From contig CBDATS010000002.1 of NCBI GenBank assembly GCA_965200245.1, positions 54,552 through 118,551 of the forward strand: DNA of 64,000 nt, given 5' to 3'. The notes beneath the pieces are model-generated. The model was not told where the DNA came from. It was given only the letters and a program-made list of their open reading frames with translations, and searched no databases. How positions within the stretch are numbered: position 1 is the stretch's first letter; the number at the start of each line of letters is the position of its first letter. Position numbers and translations under genes: made by a program. The stretch comes from a bacterium (lineage in GTDB: Bacteria > UBA8248). This document shows positions 18,908-28,197 of the stretch, in pieces.

Positions 18908-19612
18908 GTGCCAACACACGAGGAAGGGTTCGACCTGGTTGAAAAACTGACCAACGTGTCTTTTTTCAAAGTTGGTCTCGAACTCTTTTGGGCAGGGAAT
19001 GTGCTCGGACTCATTAAGGAGCTTCAGGCTCGCCGATCCGGTAAAGGCGGGGTGTTCGTGGACTTGAAACTTTCCGGTGACATCGACAATACGATTTCCA
19101 TGTTCATCAAGGGCTGCAAGGCCCTGAACGTCAAGTTCATTACGCTGACCGAGTCTGTTCCTCATGCAATAACGCTCAAGACAATTGAAACCGCGCTGAA
19201 AACTCGCGGGGAAGAAAAACACCCCAAACTCTTGATGGTTCCATTGCTTTCGAGTCTGAATGATGATGATCTCACAGAGGGAATGGATTCGACGCAATAC
19301 ATCCTGAAGCATGGTAAAAAACTACTGGCTGGCGAATGTGACGGGTTGATTGTTTCAGGCAACGCTATCAAGGCCTGCCGCGAGAGATTCCCGAACGCCG
19401 ACATCGTGAGTCCGGGTATCAGGCCTGTATGGACCGCTTCGGACGATCACAAACGATATACGACACCGGCCGATGCAATCCGAATGGGCTCGGACTATCT
19501 CGTCGTGGGCAGACCCATCACGAAAAGCGATCCTTTTTCCGCGGCCAAAGCCATCATCGAGGAAATGGACGAAGCACTGGATACCAATAATTTCGTCATC
19601 ACTGATAGATGA
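18908..19612 (+). CDS. Orotidine-5'-phosphate decarboxylase-like protein, 5' end anomalous
   Basis: OMPdecase motifs FKVGLELF, VDLKLSGDIDNT and DYLVVGRPI. The first conserved strand RLIVALD is encoded upstream (18845-18907) with no start codon. Confidence 0.65.
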   Translation: MPTHEEGFDLVEKLTNVSFFKVGLELFWAGNVLGLIKELQARRSGKGGVFVDLKLSGDIDNTISMFIKGCKALNVKFITLTESVPHAITLKTIETALKTRGEEKHPKLLMVPLLSSLNDDDLTEGMDSTQYILKHGKKLLAGECDGLIVSGNAIKACRERFPNADIVSPGIRPVWTASDDHKRYTTPADAIRMGSDYLVVGRPITKSDPFSAAKAIIEEMDEALDTNNFVITDR

Positions 19613-19652
19613 ATCACGCCGCTATTTTTTAAGGACCATAGCTACCACCCTC

Positions 19653-20532
19653 TCACAGACCCACACACTTCAGAAGCGTGAACCCGAAGGCAAAACCGGG
19701 TCCGCACCGCGCAGTTTGTAGCGATAACAACACCCATCCACGTAGTACCGGAGATATTTCCGGCTCAAGTTGTGGAACGATCCGAACATCCCGCGGCTTC
19801 AGGAATGTCCATAAGCCCGCGATCATGTTCTCGATCATGTTGATGTACGTATCGCTGTGACACAGCATTTCGCGTGGTGGACCACCTGGAGCGGCCGGAG
19901 CGACCCCACCCGGGAATAGCCGTATTCGTCCGCAACCAAAGAACGGTCCGACCGATACCCCAAGGCCAACCGAGTACACTCTGAAGACGAGATATTGAGC
20001 GATGCCGCGAGTTACGTATTTCCTTGATAACGGCATAATCGACAACTTCTCCGTCCGCTTCGACCACAACTTCCTCGACTTTCTTGGAAGTTGGCATACG
20101 CCGGAGAGCTTGACGGGTAGTAGTATGTCGGGACATTTTTCGTGTCGGCAGACACGTCGGGCTGTGGCGTCGCCGATTGGCAGCCGCCCTCGGCTGCGAC
20201 CCGAGAAATTCCAATCCTGACGCCTCTATCCGCGCCTGGATCGTGCGCTCGCGTTTCGGCATCGAAAGTCGGCTACCCGTCGCGCCGTAGAACATGTTCC
20301 GGTCGCCCGCGGTCAGGGTGCAGTAATTGAACGGATCGGGGTACCTGATGAAGGTTGAAAGGTCCGAGAGTATCCAATGCACCAAAACGCCGAAAGCGCC
20401 GAGTGTCTGACGAGGGAGTGGAGAGTTGTTCACACATCTCACATCGTGCGATATTGCGAACATGCAACAACACCATATCGGGAATGATAAATGGAGACAA
20501 GCCTTTGGGGAGGAAAGGCGACGACAGATCAA
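19653..20532 (-). mobile_element. Degenerate DDE transposase relic (IS1595-like)
   Basis: Fragments VVVEADGEVV and DTYINMIENMIAGLWTFLKPRDV resemble IS1595-type motifs (VE.DE and H.NT.E..W..LK) but lie in different frames without an intact ORF. Confidence 0.4.
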
Positions 20533-20775
20533 ACATTTCCTTTAAAAGACGAATTTAAATTCTACATTGATCACCAATCCGAATTGGCAGAACAATATGA
20601 AGGAAAGTATATCGTTATCAAGGACAGAAAAGTGATTGGTGAGTATGATGAACAAATGGAAGCAATTGAAACCACTACCGAGGAACACGAATTAGGCACG
20701 TTCCTTGTGCAAAAATGCGATCCCGATCCAGAAAGCACCCTACAGACATTTCATTCACGAGCATACTTTTCCTAG
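20491..20775 (+). CDS. DUF5678-like small protein
   Basis: 94 aa; YEGKYIVIKDRKVIGEYDEQMEAIE...GTFLVQKC pattern, typical of small partners of retropepsin-like proteases. Confidence 0.6.
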   Translation: METSLWGGKATTDQTFPLKDEFKFYIDHQSELAEQYEGKYIVIKDRKVIGEYDEQMEAIETTTEEHELGTFLVQKCDPDPESTLQTFHSRAYFS

Positions 20776-21146
20776 ATGCAGGAATCACAAGCTTCAGCTT
20801 TTACGGCATCTTCAAACGGTCTCAAAAAAGTCCTTGTCAATGAGGTTGAAGTAACGACCGCTGATCAGCCTTCCGATGGTTCTCCTGCGCCTGAATTCAA
20901 AACTTGCAACGGGATTTGGGATACGGGGCTACTGCAACTGTAATTGCAAGGCGCATAGTCGATGATTGCGACCTCACATTTCGGATACCATCACAATCAA
21001 AAATAGATTTTGTCAAAGAACTTCGAATGGACTCTATAATAAAGGGAAAAGGCTCCGAAAAAAACGACCTAAGTCACGAGGGAAATAACCGAGACTCCCG
21101 ATGGATAAATGGAAAACGAGAAGATGAAGTTGCTGATCGCCGATGA
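20776..21146 (+). pseudogene. Retropepsin-like (clan AA) aspartic protease, frameshifted in a G4 run (20925-20928)
   Basis: Frame 1 ends IWDTGLLQL*; the next frame reads GATATVIARRIVDDCDL. One extra G restores IWDTGATATVI (DTGA active site). Confidence 0.55.
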
Positions 21147-21230
21147 CTCCGCAGGAAACCGGGACAGTTTTCGGGCCAAGCGATTCGAGCGCTGTGCATC
21201 CGCTCGATCGACATTCCCGAACAGCGCCTC

Positions 21231-21482
21231 TCAGATCATCCCGCCCACGAAACCCTGTCTTCGAATTCTGGCGATCGGTTCGAGACGCGCCTTCTTTGAA
21301 CGGCATTCCCGGCAACGCAGAAGGGGCGCAAGATCCTCCACGCGCATCCCGCGATGGACCCTTCCCATCCCCGACCGGGCCAGGAGGTCGGCGGGCTCCA
21401 GGGTCGTCTCCCGGCCGCAGGTCTCGCACACCACAATGAAATACCACTCTCCTTCCGCATAATCGCCCAGGGAAAGCGCCAC
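21231..21482 (-). CDS. Small zinc-ribbon protein coupled to the polymerase gene
   Basis: 83 aa; CETC...CREC pairs; its GTG start shares one nucleotide with the polymerase TAG stop. Confidence 0.4.
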   Translation of the reverse strand: MALSLGDYAEGEWYFIVVCETCGRETTLEPADLLARSGMGRVHRGMRVEDLAPLLRCRECRSKKARLEPIARIRRQGFVGGMI

Positions 21483-22720
21483 TACTGGAAACCCTCCAGT
21501 TGTGGAATGCGGCCATACGCAATCTTCGCCCCCGCGTAACCGCCTGGAGGCGCACACCCGCCGTAGCCGACGAGGGTGCGTGCATAGCGACGGTTGATCG
21601 AATCGACGGCAGCGCTCAGCCTCGCCCGCCGGCATCCCTCGTCCGGCATTCCAGATGACATTTCGAGTTGCGCTTCCTCCGAGGGGAAGAGCCGGTCGAA
21701 CGACACGGCAACCCGGAACAGGGTGGCCCGTCTCCGCGCGGTGGCGAGACCGGCCCACAGCACCGAGAGAGCCTCGAGACAGGTCAGATCATCGTTCGCC
21801 CTGGCAACGAATCCCGAGTCCGTCCAGGAGGGACCACCGAGACAATCAACCGAAAGAGTGAGCCTCCGGGCGAGGAACCCCTCCCGGCGCAGGCGCCGGG
21901 CCGCCTTCACCACCAGTTTCCTGGCCATCGGCCGGGCAGCCGGCACGCTGCGCTCTCCAGGTGGCAGGACCCGGCCGTGGCCGATCGAGGCGCGTTTCGT
22001 CACCGGCGGTTCGACGGCATAGCCGTGGAGTGCGTACCAGAAGCGCGCGCCGGCCACGTTGCCCCAGAGCGAACGCAGCCGGGCGGGGTCAGCGTTCCAC
22101 ACGTCCGCGACCGTCGCCATTCCACCCCGTTTCAAACGCGCGTGCATGCCCTTCCCCACTCCGGGAAGCGCTTTCAGTTCAAGACCGAGCAGGGGGCCCG
22201 GCAGGTCGCCGGGATACAGCACCGTGAGGCCGTCCGGTTTGTCCATGCCTGCCGCTATCCTGGCGAGCCACCTGTTGGGCGCACAGCCGACCGAGCAGGT
22301 GATGCGCTCCCCCACGGCTGCACGCACGCGGCTCTTGATTCGTCCCGCGACCTCCCCGGGGCAGTCCCGCTTCCCCAGAGTGGCGGCGAACTCGTCAATC
22401 GAGCAGACAAGGTCAACCGGCAAGACGGAGAGCACCGCCGCCATGATCCGGTGGTGTACCCACACATAGAGGTCCGGACGCTGCGGCGTGAGAACTATCC
22501 GGGGACATAACCGCCGCGCCTCGGCGATCGAGGTCCCGGTCCTGACATCGAACCGCTTGGCCACGGCGTTGGCAGCGAGCACGCAGCTGTTGCGCGCCCC
22601 CACAAATGGGATGACCCCAACGGGACGGCCGTGCAGACCGGTGTTCGCCTGCTCCTCGCAGGATGCAAAAAAGCCGTCGAAATCGATATAGAGGTGCCTG
22701 GGTTCGGTCGGTCGGCGCAT
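21482..22720 (-). CDS. Y-family DNA polymerase (DinB/ImuB-like)
   Basis: 412 aa; N-terminal LYIDFDGFFASCE, RPVGVIP and LCPRIVL motifs of the Y family; AGGTGA RBS. Confidence 0.8.
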   Translation of the reverse strand: MRRPTEPRHLYIDFDGFFASCEEQANTGLHGRPVGVIPFVGARNSCVLAANAVAKRFDVRTGTSIAEARRLCPRIVLTPQRPDLYVWVHHRIMAAVLSVLPVDLVCSIDEFAATLGKRDCPGEVAGRIKSRVRAAVGERITCSVGCAPNRWLARIAAGMDKPDGLTVLYPGDLPGPLLGLELKALPGVGKGMHARLKRGGMATVADVWNADPARLRSLWGNVAGARFWYALHGYAVEPPVTKRASIGHGRVLPPGERSVPAARPMARKLVVKAARRLRREGFLARRLTLSVDCLGGPSWTDSGFVARANDDLTCLEALSVLWAGLATARRRATLFRVAVSFDRLFPSEEAQLEMSSGMPDEGCRRARLSAAVDSINRRYARTLVGYGGCAPPGGYAGAKIAYGRIPQLEGFQ

Positions 22721-23000
22721 AGCTCACCTAGGTGAATAAAAAGCGAATATACCGCAGTATGGGCAAGCCATGCAAGACAAAAATCGACAAAACCAAGGCG
22801 CGTGGCTACAATCCCGATATCAGGAACCCCCGTACAACGGAGGCAGAACCCGGCGACCCCGAGACGCTGCTGGGCGAATTGTCTCCTGCCGGGGCGGAGG
22901 TAGCCACACTGCGCGAGCGGCTGAAGAAGACGCTGGCGGAGACGTTGTTACGATAACATCCAGAAGGCGCGGCACTGGCCGTTCAGCGGGAGACTCGGAT

Positions 23001-23312
23001 ATGCACGCCGCAATCGCTGACAAGCGGGAAGAGCTGGTCGAACTCTGCCGGCGTCACGGCGTGATCCGGCTGGAGGTTTTTGGTTCCGCCGCCCGTGGTT
23101 CGGATTTCGACCCGGAGACCAGCGACGCCGATTTTCTCGTGGAATTTGGCCCCACGGACGGTCCCCGGACGCTCGGCCAGTATTTCGACTTCAGGGATGC
23201 CTTGCGCCATGCGCTTGGCCGCCCAGTCGATCTGGTTGAAGCGGGCGTGATCCGCAATCCATACCTGCGCGCTGCCATCGACAAGCCGCGTGAGCTTGTC
23301 TATGCATCGTGA
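23001..23312 (+). CDS. MNT-type nucleotidyltransferase antitoxin
   Basis: 103 aa; FGSAARGSDFDPETSDADFLVEF minimal nucleotidyltransferase motif. Confidence 0.8.
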   Translation: MHAAIADKREELVELCRRHGVIRLEVFGSAARGSDFDPETSDADFLVEFGPTDGPRTLGQYFDFRDALRHALGRPVDLVEAGVIRNPYLRAAIDKPRELVYAS

Positions 23313-23547
23313 CCTTCGCGTCCTGTTGATGGATATCGAACAGGCTGGTGCCGACATCAAGCGCTTTACGGAAGGCGCGACATTCGGCGGCTATCTCGAA
23401 GACACGATGATGCAGGCGGCGGTCGAGCGCAAGTTCGAGATCATCGGCATGCGAAATCATCTGAGGCGGGCAACTCCGACATCCCCTCAAGAAGACGATT
23501 CCACTCCGGTTCATCAATCAGCCGGGGCGGTATCTGCGAACGGATGA
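23302..23547 (+). pseudogene. HEPN (DUF86) toxin relic, 3' half lost
   Basis: MHRDLRVLLMDIEQAGADIKRFTEG...AAVERKFEIIG matches the DUF86 N-terminus. Similarity stops near 23445 and no Rx4H motif follows. Confidence 0.6.
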
Positions 23548-23651
23548 ACGTGTCGAGAACAGAGGCAAAACCGTCATATCCCGTACGTTTCATCTGGATT
23601 TCCCGACCCCACAATCCGGCGCGGAAAAACCGGAAGGAGCCCGAGGTTTCG

Positions 23652-23912
23652 CTATGCCCCCCAATAACCATCACCATAGCTACCGCGAGCGTCTCCCAAC
23701 TGTTCCTCAGTGAGCCGGGACGCAGGCGGAAGGACGAGATAGCCGTTCTCGGCGTCGTCTTCCATCACATGCAGGTTGAAATTCTCCGGCATCGTTATCC
23801 CGAACTCCTCGGATACCACGGCCTTCGGTTCAGACATCAGACGGGCACGGAACTCCTCACTGTCGCCTGCCTTCCCGATCAGGTGCTCGTGCATCTCGGT
23901 AACGGATTTCAT
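23652..23912 (-). CDS. NHLP-leader RiPP precursor peptide
   Basis: 86 aa; LIGKAGDSEEFRARLMSEPKAVVSEEFGITMPENFNLHVMEDDAENGYLVLPP matches the nitrile-hydratase-like leader; C-terminal tail ...EEQLGDARG-SYGDGYWGA; GAGGAGAGGAG RBS. Confidence 0.8.
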   Translation of the reverse strand: MKSVTEMHEHLIGKAGDSEEFRARLMSEPKAVVSEEFGITMPENFNLHVMEDDAENGYLVLPPASRLTEEQLGDARGSYGDGYWGA

Positions 23913-23986
23913 CCTGGTCTCCTCTCCTCGATAAATGTGTTTGAGTGGATACCCCCGATGCTTTTTTGCATTGTTGTCATGAACAG

Positions 23987-24014
23987 ATTATAGAATACCC
24001 CGACGGGGAAGCAA
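23987..24014 (-). promoter_or_regulatory. Sigma70-like promoter of the NHLP precursor
   Basis: On the minus strand: TTGCTT, 16-nt spacer, TATAAT, about 70 nt upstream of the ATG. Confidence 0.55.
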
Positions 24015-24281
24015 GAAATTTTGGGTAATCATAACCCGAAGCCGACAAATTTCTGTGCCGCGATGCTCTTTTTGTTGAAGCGGTTGTCAATGCGAACAGG
24101 CTTCCCACGAAAACGCGCCTCACACGCTTGTCCTTGGATCCCCGGGATTTTCCGAAAAGTCTGTGCCTAGCTCATGGAGATGTCTCGATTCTTCCGGAAA
24201 CTTCGATCCGGGAGTGGGCATCAATCCTGATGGCAACCACCAGAATGTCTGACAGGAAGAACCCGGACTCCGCCCATTGAC

Positions 24282-24584
24282 ATGGCATGTTCCCGTATCG
24301 CTGGCCCCTGCCCTGCTGAACCGACTGGATCGGGAAGATCGGCTCGCGGGCGGTCATTCCGGGAATCAAACACGAGAGTGTCGGGTTCCGCCGATTTGCT
24401 GATGCAATTCCGGCGCGACCCTGGAAATCTTCCTGCTGATTTCGAGGATTTCGTCTTGCGACCGTCTCGTTTCATGTTGCGGGTAATGGCCTGCGCGATG
24501 AGCAGGGCGATGGTGTTGGAGAAACTCGGTTGGGGGACTGCCGAGCGCTTGATGCGGATGCAGGCAAGTTACGATTTTGCGTAA
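24282..24584 (+). pseudogene. HigA-family antitoxin relic
   Basis: The C-terminus AMVLEKLGWGTAERLMRMQASYDFA matches the HigA HTH tail. The upstream HTH segment is shortened and there is no partner toxin. Confidence 0.45.
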
Positions 24585-24734
24585 GCGCGAGCGCGCTGCG
24601 CGACGGTAGCCATGTTGAGATCTGCCATTCAGGCCCGAACACCACCTCCGGCAGTCCGCTCTTGACGCTCTTTACAGGGATGGAAACCCACTGATACATT
24701 AACTTCCGCGAATTGTTGCAATTGAAAGGTTAGC

Positions 24735-26875
24735 ATGCATCTCGAGAACATTGATTTCCTGCAATTGCTCAACGGTGATGTCCAGTATGTCGTACCTCGC
24801 TGGCAACGTCGCTACTGTTGGGGACAAGCCGACATTGAGCGGCTTGTCGATGACCTGATTGCGGTCGCTGCCGCGGGAGACGACGCCACTCACTATGGGG
24901 GCACCCTCCTCACTTTCCCGGAACCGCGGGCGGCGGGTGTTCTGAGGACCATTCGTGTCGTCGACGGCCAGCAGAGGCTCACAACGGTGAGCATCCTGCT
25001 CGCATGCATTGCAACAAATCTCGAACGAGATGGCTCATGTCGTGATTGGACAGCAGAAATCATTCGCGAGCGGCGATTGACCAATCCCCATATGGAGTCA
25101 GAGAAACGCCTCAAATTGCAGCTGCAAACCAGAGACGAGGATGAATATCGCCGTGGTCTCGATGGTAGTCCCGAAGGAACCGGTGCGGTTGCTCAGGCTT
25201 GGCGGATTGCGCGGCGCTTGGTCGATCTGCACGATACGGATTCGCTACTACTGGGCCTTGAACGGCTCCAGGTGGTCAGCATCGGCCTTGACACCACGGA
25301 CGACCCGCAACAGATATTTGAGAGTTTGAACGCCACGGGTCGTCCGCTCACGGAAAGCGAGAAAGTCAAGAACTGGCTCTTGCTCGGACTGCCGGAAAAA
25401 CAGCAGCGGGAACTTCACGACGAATATTGGCGTAGCATTGAAAAAGCGCTCGGCGCTGAACACACGACCGAACCCATCGACACATTCCTTAGGGATGTCA
25501 TGCGCTGGCGCACAGGCGAGGTCCATGGCGGCAACAAGACCTATGAACAGCTTCGACGCTGGGCGCTGAGGCAAGGGGACGGGAAGAATCGTGCCGAAAT
25601 TTGCCGCGATCTGGCATGTCTCGCGAAACTGTATGGAATTCTGACCGGCACAGCGGCGAAATTCTCCGACAAGAAAGTTGACAAGGAGATCAGGCATCTG
25701 CGGGCGTTGGGACTGGATGTCCACCGTCCGCTGACGTTGCGGCTGCTCCATGAGACTTCCGATACCGATTCGACATCTGTGGCGAACTCCGATCTGGCGA
25801 AAACCCTCGCAGGAATTGGAGCTTGGATCACGCGCCTATGGCTGGCCGATAGGCCAACGGCCGGACTGAACAAGGCCATGGCGGAACTTGCCTATAGTGC
25901 TGCTGGACCCGGCGAGAGAGAGGATTATACGGAGTATTGGCTCGATCAGATACGCAGCCTTCGAAACCAACGCATCGGTGTTCCAAGAGACGAAGAAGTT
26001 CGCGAAGGCATGCGTATGCGTCCAGCCTATGGGGGTGGAGTTACTCAATCCACATTTGCCGTTCTTTGCGAACTGATGGAAGCGGAACATCCTGACGAGG
26101 CGCCGGCACGCTGTCGTCTGACAGTCGAGCATGTGATGCCGCAGAAGCTCACGAACGAATGGAAACTCTATCTCGGAGAAAACGCTGAGGAAATACATGA
26201 GCGGTATTGCCATCGGTTCGCGAACTAACCCTGAGCGGAGACATTTCCAACGCCAGCATGGGTGCAAATACCTTCGCTTCTAAACAGGAGATATACCGCA
26301 ACAGTTCGATTGGAATGACGAGAAGACTCGCTGAAGAGAATGCATGGAATGAGGCAACTCTCGAACGACGCGCCGAAGACATCGCTCGACGGGCTCTCGA
26401 CCGCTGGCCGTGGTCCGACCATGGAACTCAGGCAGACGCAAATTGGTCAGATGGCGCATCCGTGACGGAGCGATTCTGGAGAATTTTCAAGGAAATCACG
26501 GGTGGTGTTCCGGGACAGAAGGAAACCTGGCGTCACCGAAATCTGTGGACGAAACCCTGCAATTCGTCAGGTGACTGTATCGGCATTTACGTCGGCATTG
26601 AGTATGAGGTAGCCTGGCTCTACGTCTTGGCGGGTGATCAGCAATCGGCAAACAAGACGGTACGAAGTCGGAAACTCTCGCGACTTATTTGCGACTCAAT
26701 GTCGGGTCAGGAGATTTCCGGCGACCTGGAGAAAGAAAGCGAGTCCGGGAGAACTGTGTGCGTCAAGCGGCACTGGCCCACCGATGATGAAGATGAATGG
26801 CCGGAAACTGCGAGATGGATCAAGGCTCAATACGACAGACTGCAGGGGATTTTAGCGAATTCATCCATCGAATGA
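24735..26875 (+). pseudogene. GmrSD-like type IV restriction enzyme (DUF262 + DUF1524 + C-terminal DUF4268-like tail), frameshifted
   Basis: DUF262 motif VVDGQQRLTT; HNH-like TVEHVMPQ...HERYCHRFAN then TAA at 26226-26228. The next frame continues LTLSGDISNASMGANTF. One missing nucleotide restores HRFANLTLSG. Confidence 0.75.
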
Positions 26876-27112
26876 CAGAAACGGCACGGTAGGCTGTGAA
26901 TGTTGTCGCAAGAGTCACTTGGGTAGAAAGTGGCTGCATTGATAGCTGGCCTGATGGCCAGTTGTACCAAACCGTAGCTGTTACCGGACATCTTGCTCGC
27001 GATAATGCTTTCGACTTTCTCATGATCTCGACCAGATATATCCCCATGGCAGCCACCATCTGAAGGCAGTTGCGTACGGACAAGAACCGAGTATTTCCGG
27101 GGAAAATGTTCC

Positions 27113-27141
27113 CGGAGTCAACGGAGTCAACGGAGTCAACG
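27113..27141. repeat. Tandem repeat, 9-bp unit CGGAGTCAA x3
   Basis: Read directly from the sequence; preceded by a short CCGGG/CCCGG hairpin at 27097-27115. Confidence 0.9.
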
Positions 27142-27276
27142 AGGCTGAGCCTGCAAATGGGCTACGCTAGTCAGTCTTGAGAAACAGTTAGTCTGAAGTT
27201 CCCCGGCTATCACGGATTATCCCATTGATTATACTGATTGTTTCGGTGAATCAGGAGTTCGTTACCGGGGACAGGA

Positions 27277-28197
27277 TTACAACGACACGCCGGGCAGACG
27301 GAAGGCTTCGTCCTGCAGGCCGGCAGGCCGGGTGAGGACCTCGAACGGTTCGGTTCCGGCCATGCGAGACATGACCCGGTTGCGGGTGATGGTGGCAGGG
27401 TCGGCGAGCAGGGTGCGGAAGCTGTGCACAGGCCAGCCCCCGTCGGTGCGTCTGCGCCGGTAGTGGAACCGGCCCCCGGCGTCGACCCGCCACGCGAAGT
27501 GTCTGGCCACCCTGTACCTGCCGATGACCCTGCCCACCCGCGCGCCGATCCTGTCTTTCCCCTCAGGCGCCGCTTCTCCCGCCGCGTCGCCGCAGCGATG
27601 GGTTCCGGCAGTTTCTCCGTAGCTTCCGGCAGGGTCTCCCGCCTGCGCGCACGCTCCCCGGCCAGCAGCGGATTGCGGCAGACCATCAGCCGTTCGCCGG
27701 GGTACGCGTCGCTGTGGACCTCCACGAGGTCCTTCCCGTCGAACAGGGACAGCGCCACGGGGCAGCCGTCCCGGTCGCACGGCAACCCGGATTCGGCAGC
27801 CTGCCCTTCCTGCCATCGCGCGAATACCTGCGCTTCGCCAGCGGGCAGTGGTGTCCTTCCACGCAGATCGGGGTCAGGTCGCAGGGCACCAGGGCGCCTT
27901 CTTCGGGATGCCGCCGGGCCAGGCTCCGTTCGATCCGCTTTCAGACCCGGCTTCCGCAGTGTGCCGGGCACTGCGGCGATATGGCCGTGGGGTCGGGAAC
28001 ACACGATTTCGAAGGCATCGTCGCGACCGGCCAAGGGGTTCGTTCCGCAGCAGACGGCGCAGGGTGTCGATTTTGCTTTTGGGCCATTTCGAGAGGTTGG
28101 CCAGCGTGCGTTCCCTGACTTTCCCGCCCTCACGCCATCCTTCGCGCAGCAGGATGGCAGGCGGTGAATTCCGGTTGAGGACGGTTTCGATGTACAT
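27277..28197 (-). mobile_element. IS1634-family transposase relic (frameshifts and internal deletion)
   Basis: N-terminus MYIETVLNRNSPPAILLREGWREGGKVRERTLANLSKWP, middle GERLMVCRNPLLAGERARRRETL and C-terminus FRTLLADPATITRNRV lie in three different frames; the DDE core is missing. Confidence 0.65.

Noticed and set aside
22721-22760. LexA/SOS box upstream of the Y-family polymerase (TACTGCGGTA-like near-palindrome)
   Set aside because: It does not fit the 16-mer CTGT-N8-ACAG pattern or the GAAC-N7-GAAC pattern. Without knowing the host clade motif, the call would be arbitrary.
22732-22956. 74-aa plus-strand ORF between the polymerase and MNT genes
   Set aside because: It has a GTG start without a convincing RBS, a Lys/Arg-rich N-terminus and no recognisable motif. 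It is more likely promoter or leader DNA shared by divergent genes.
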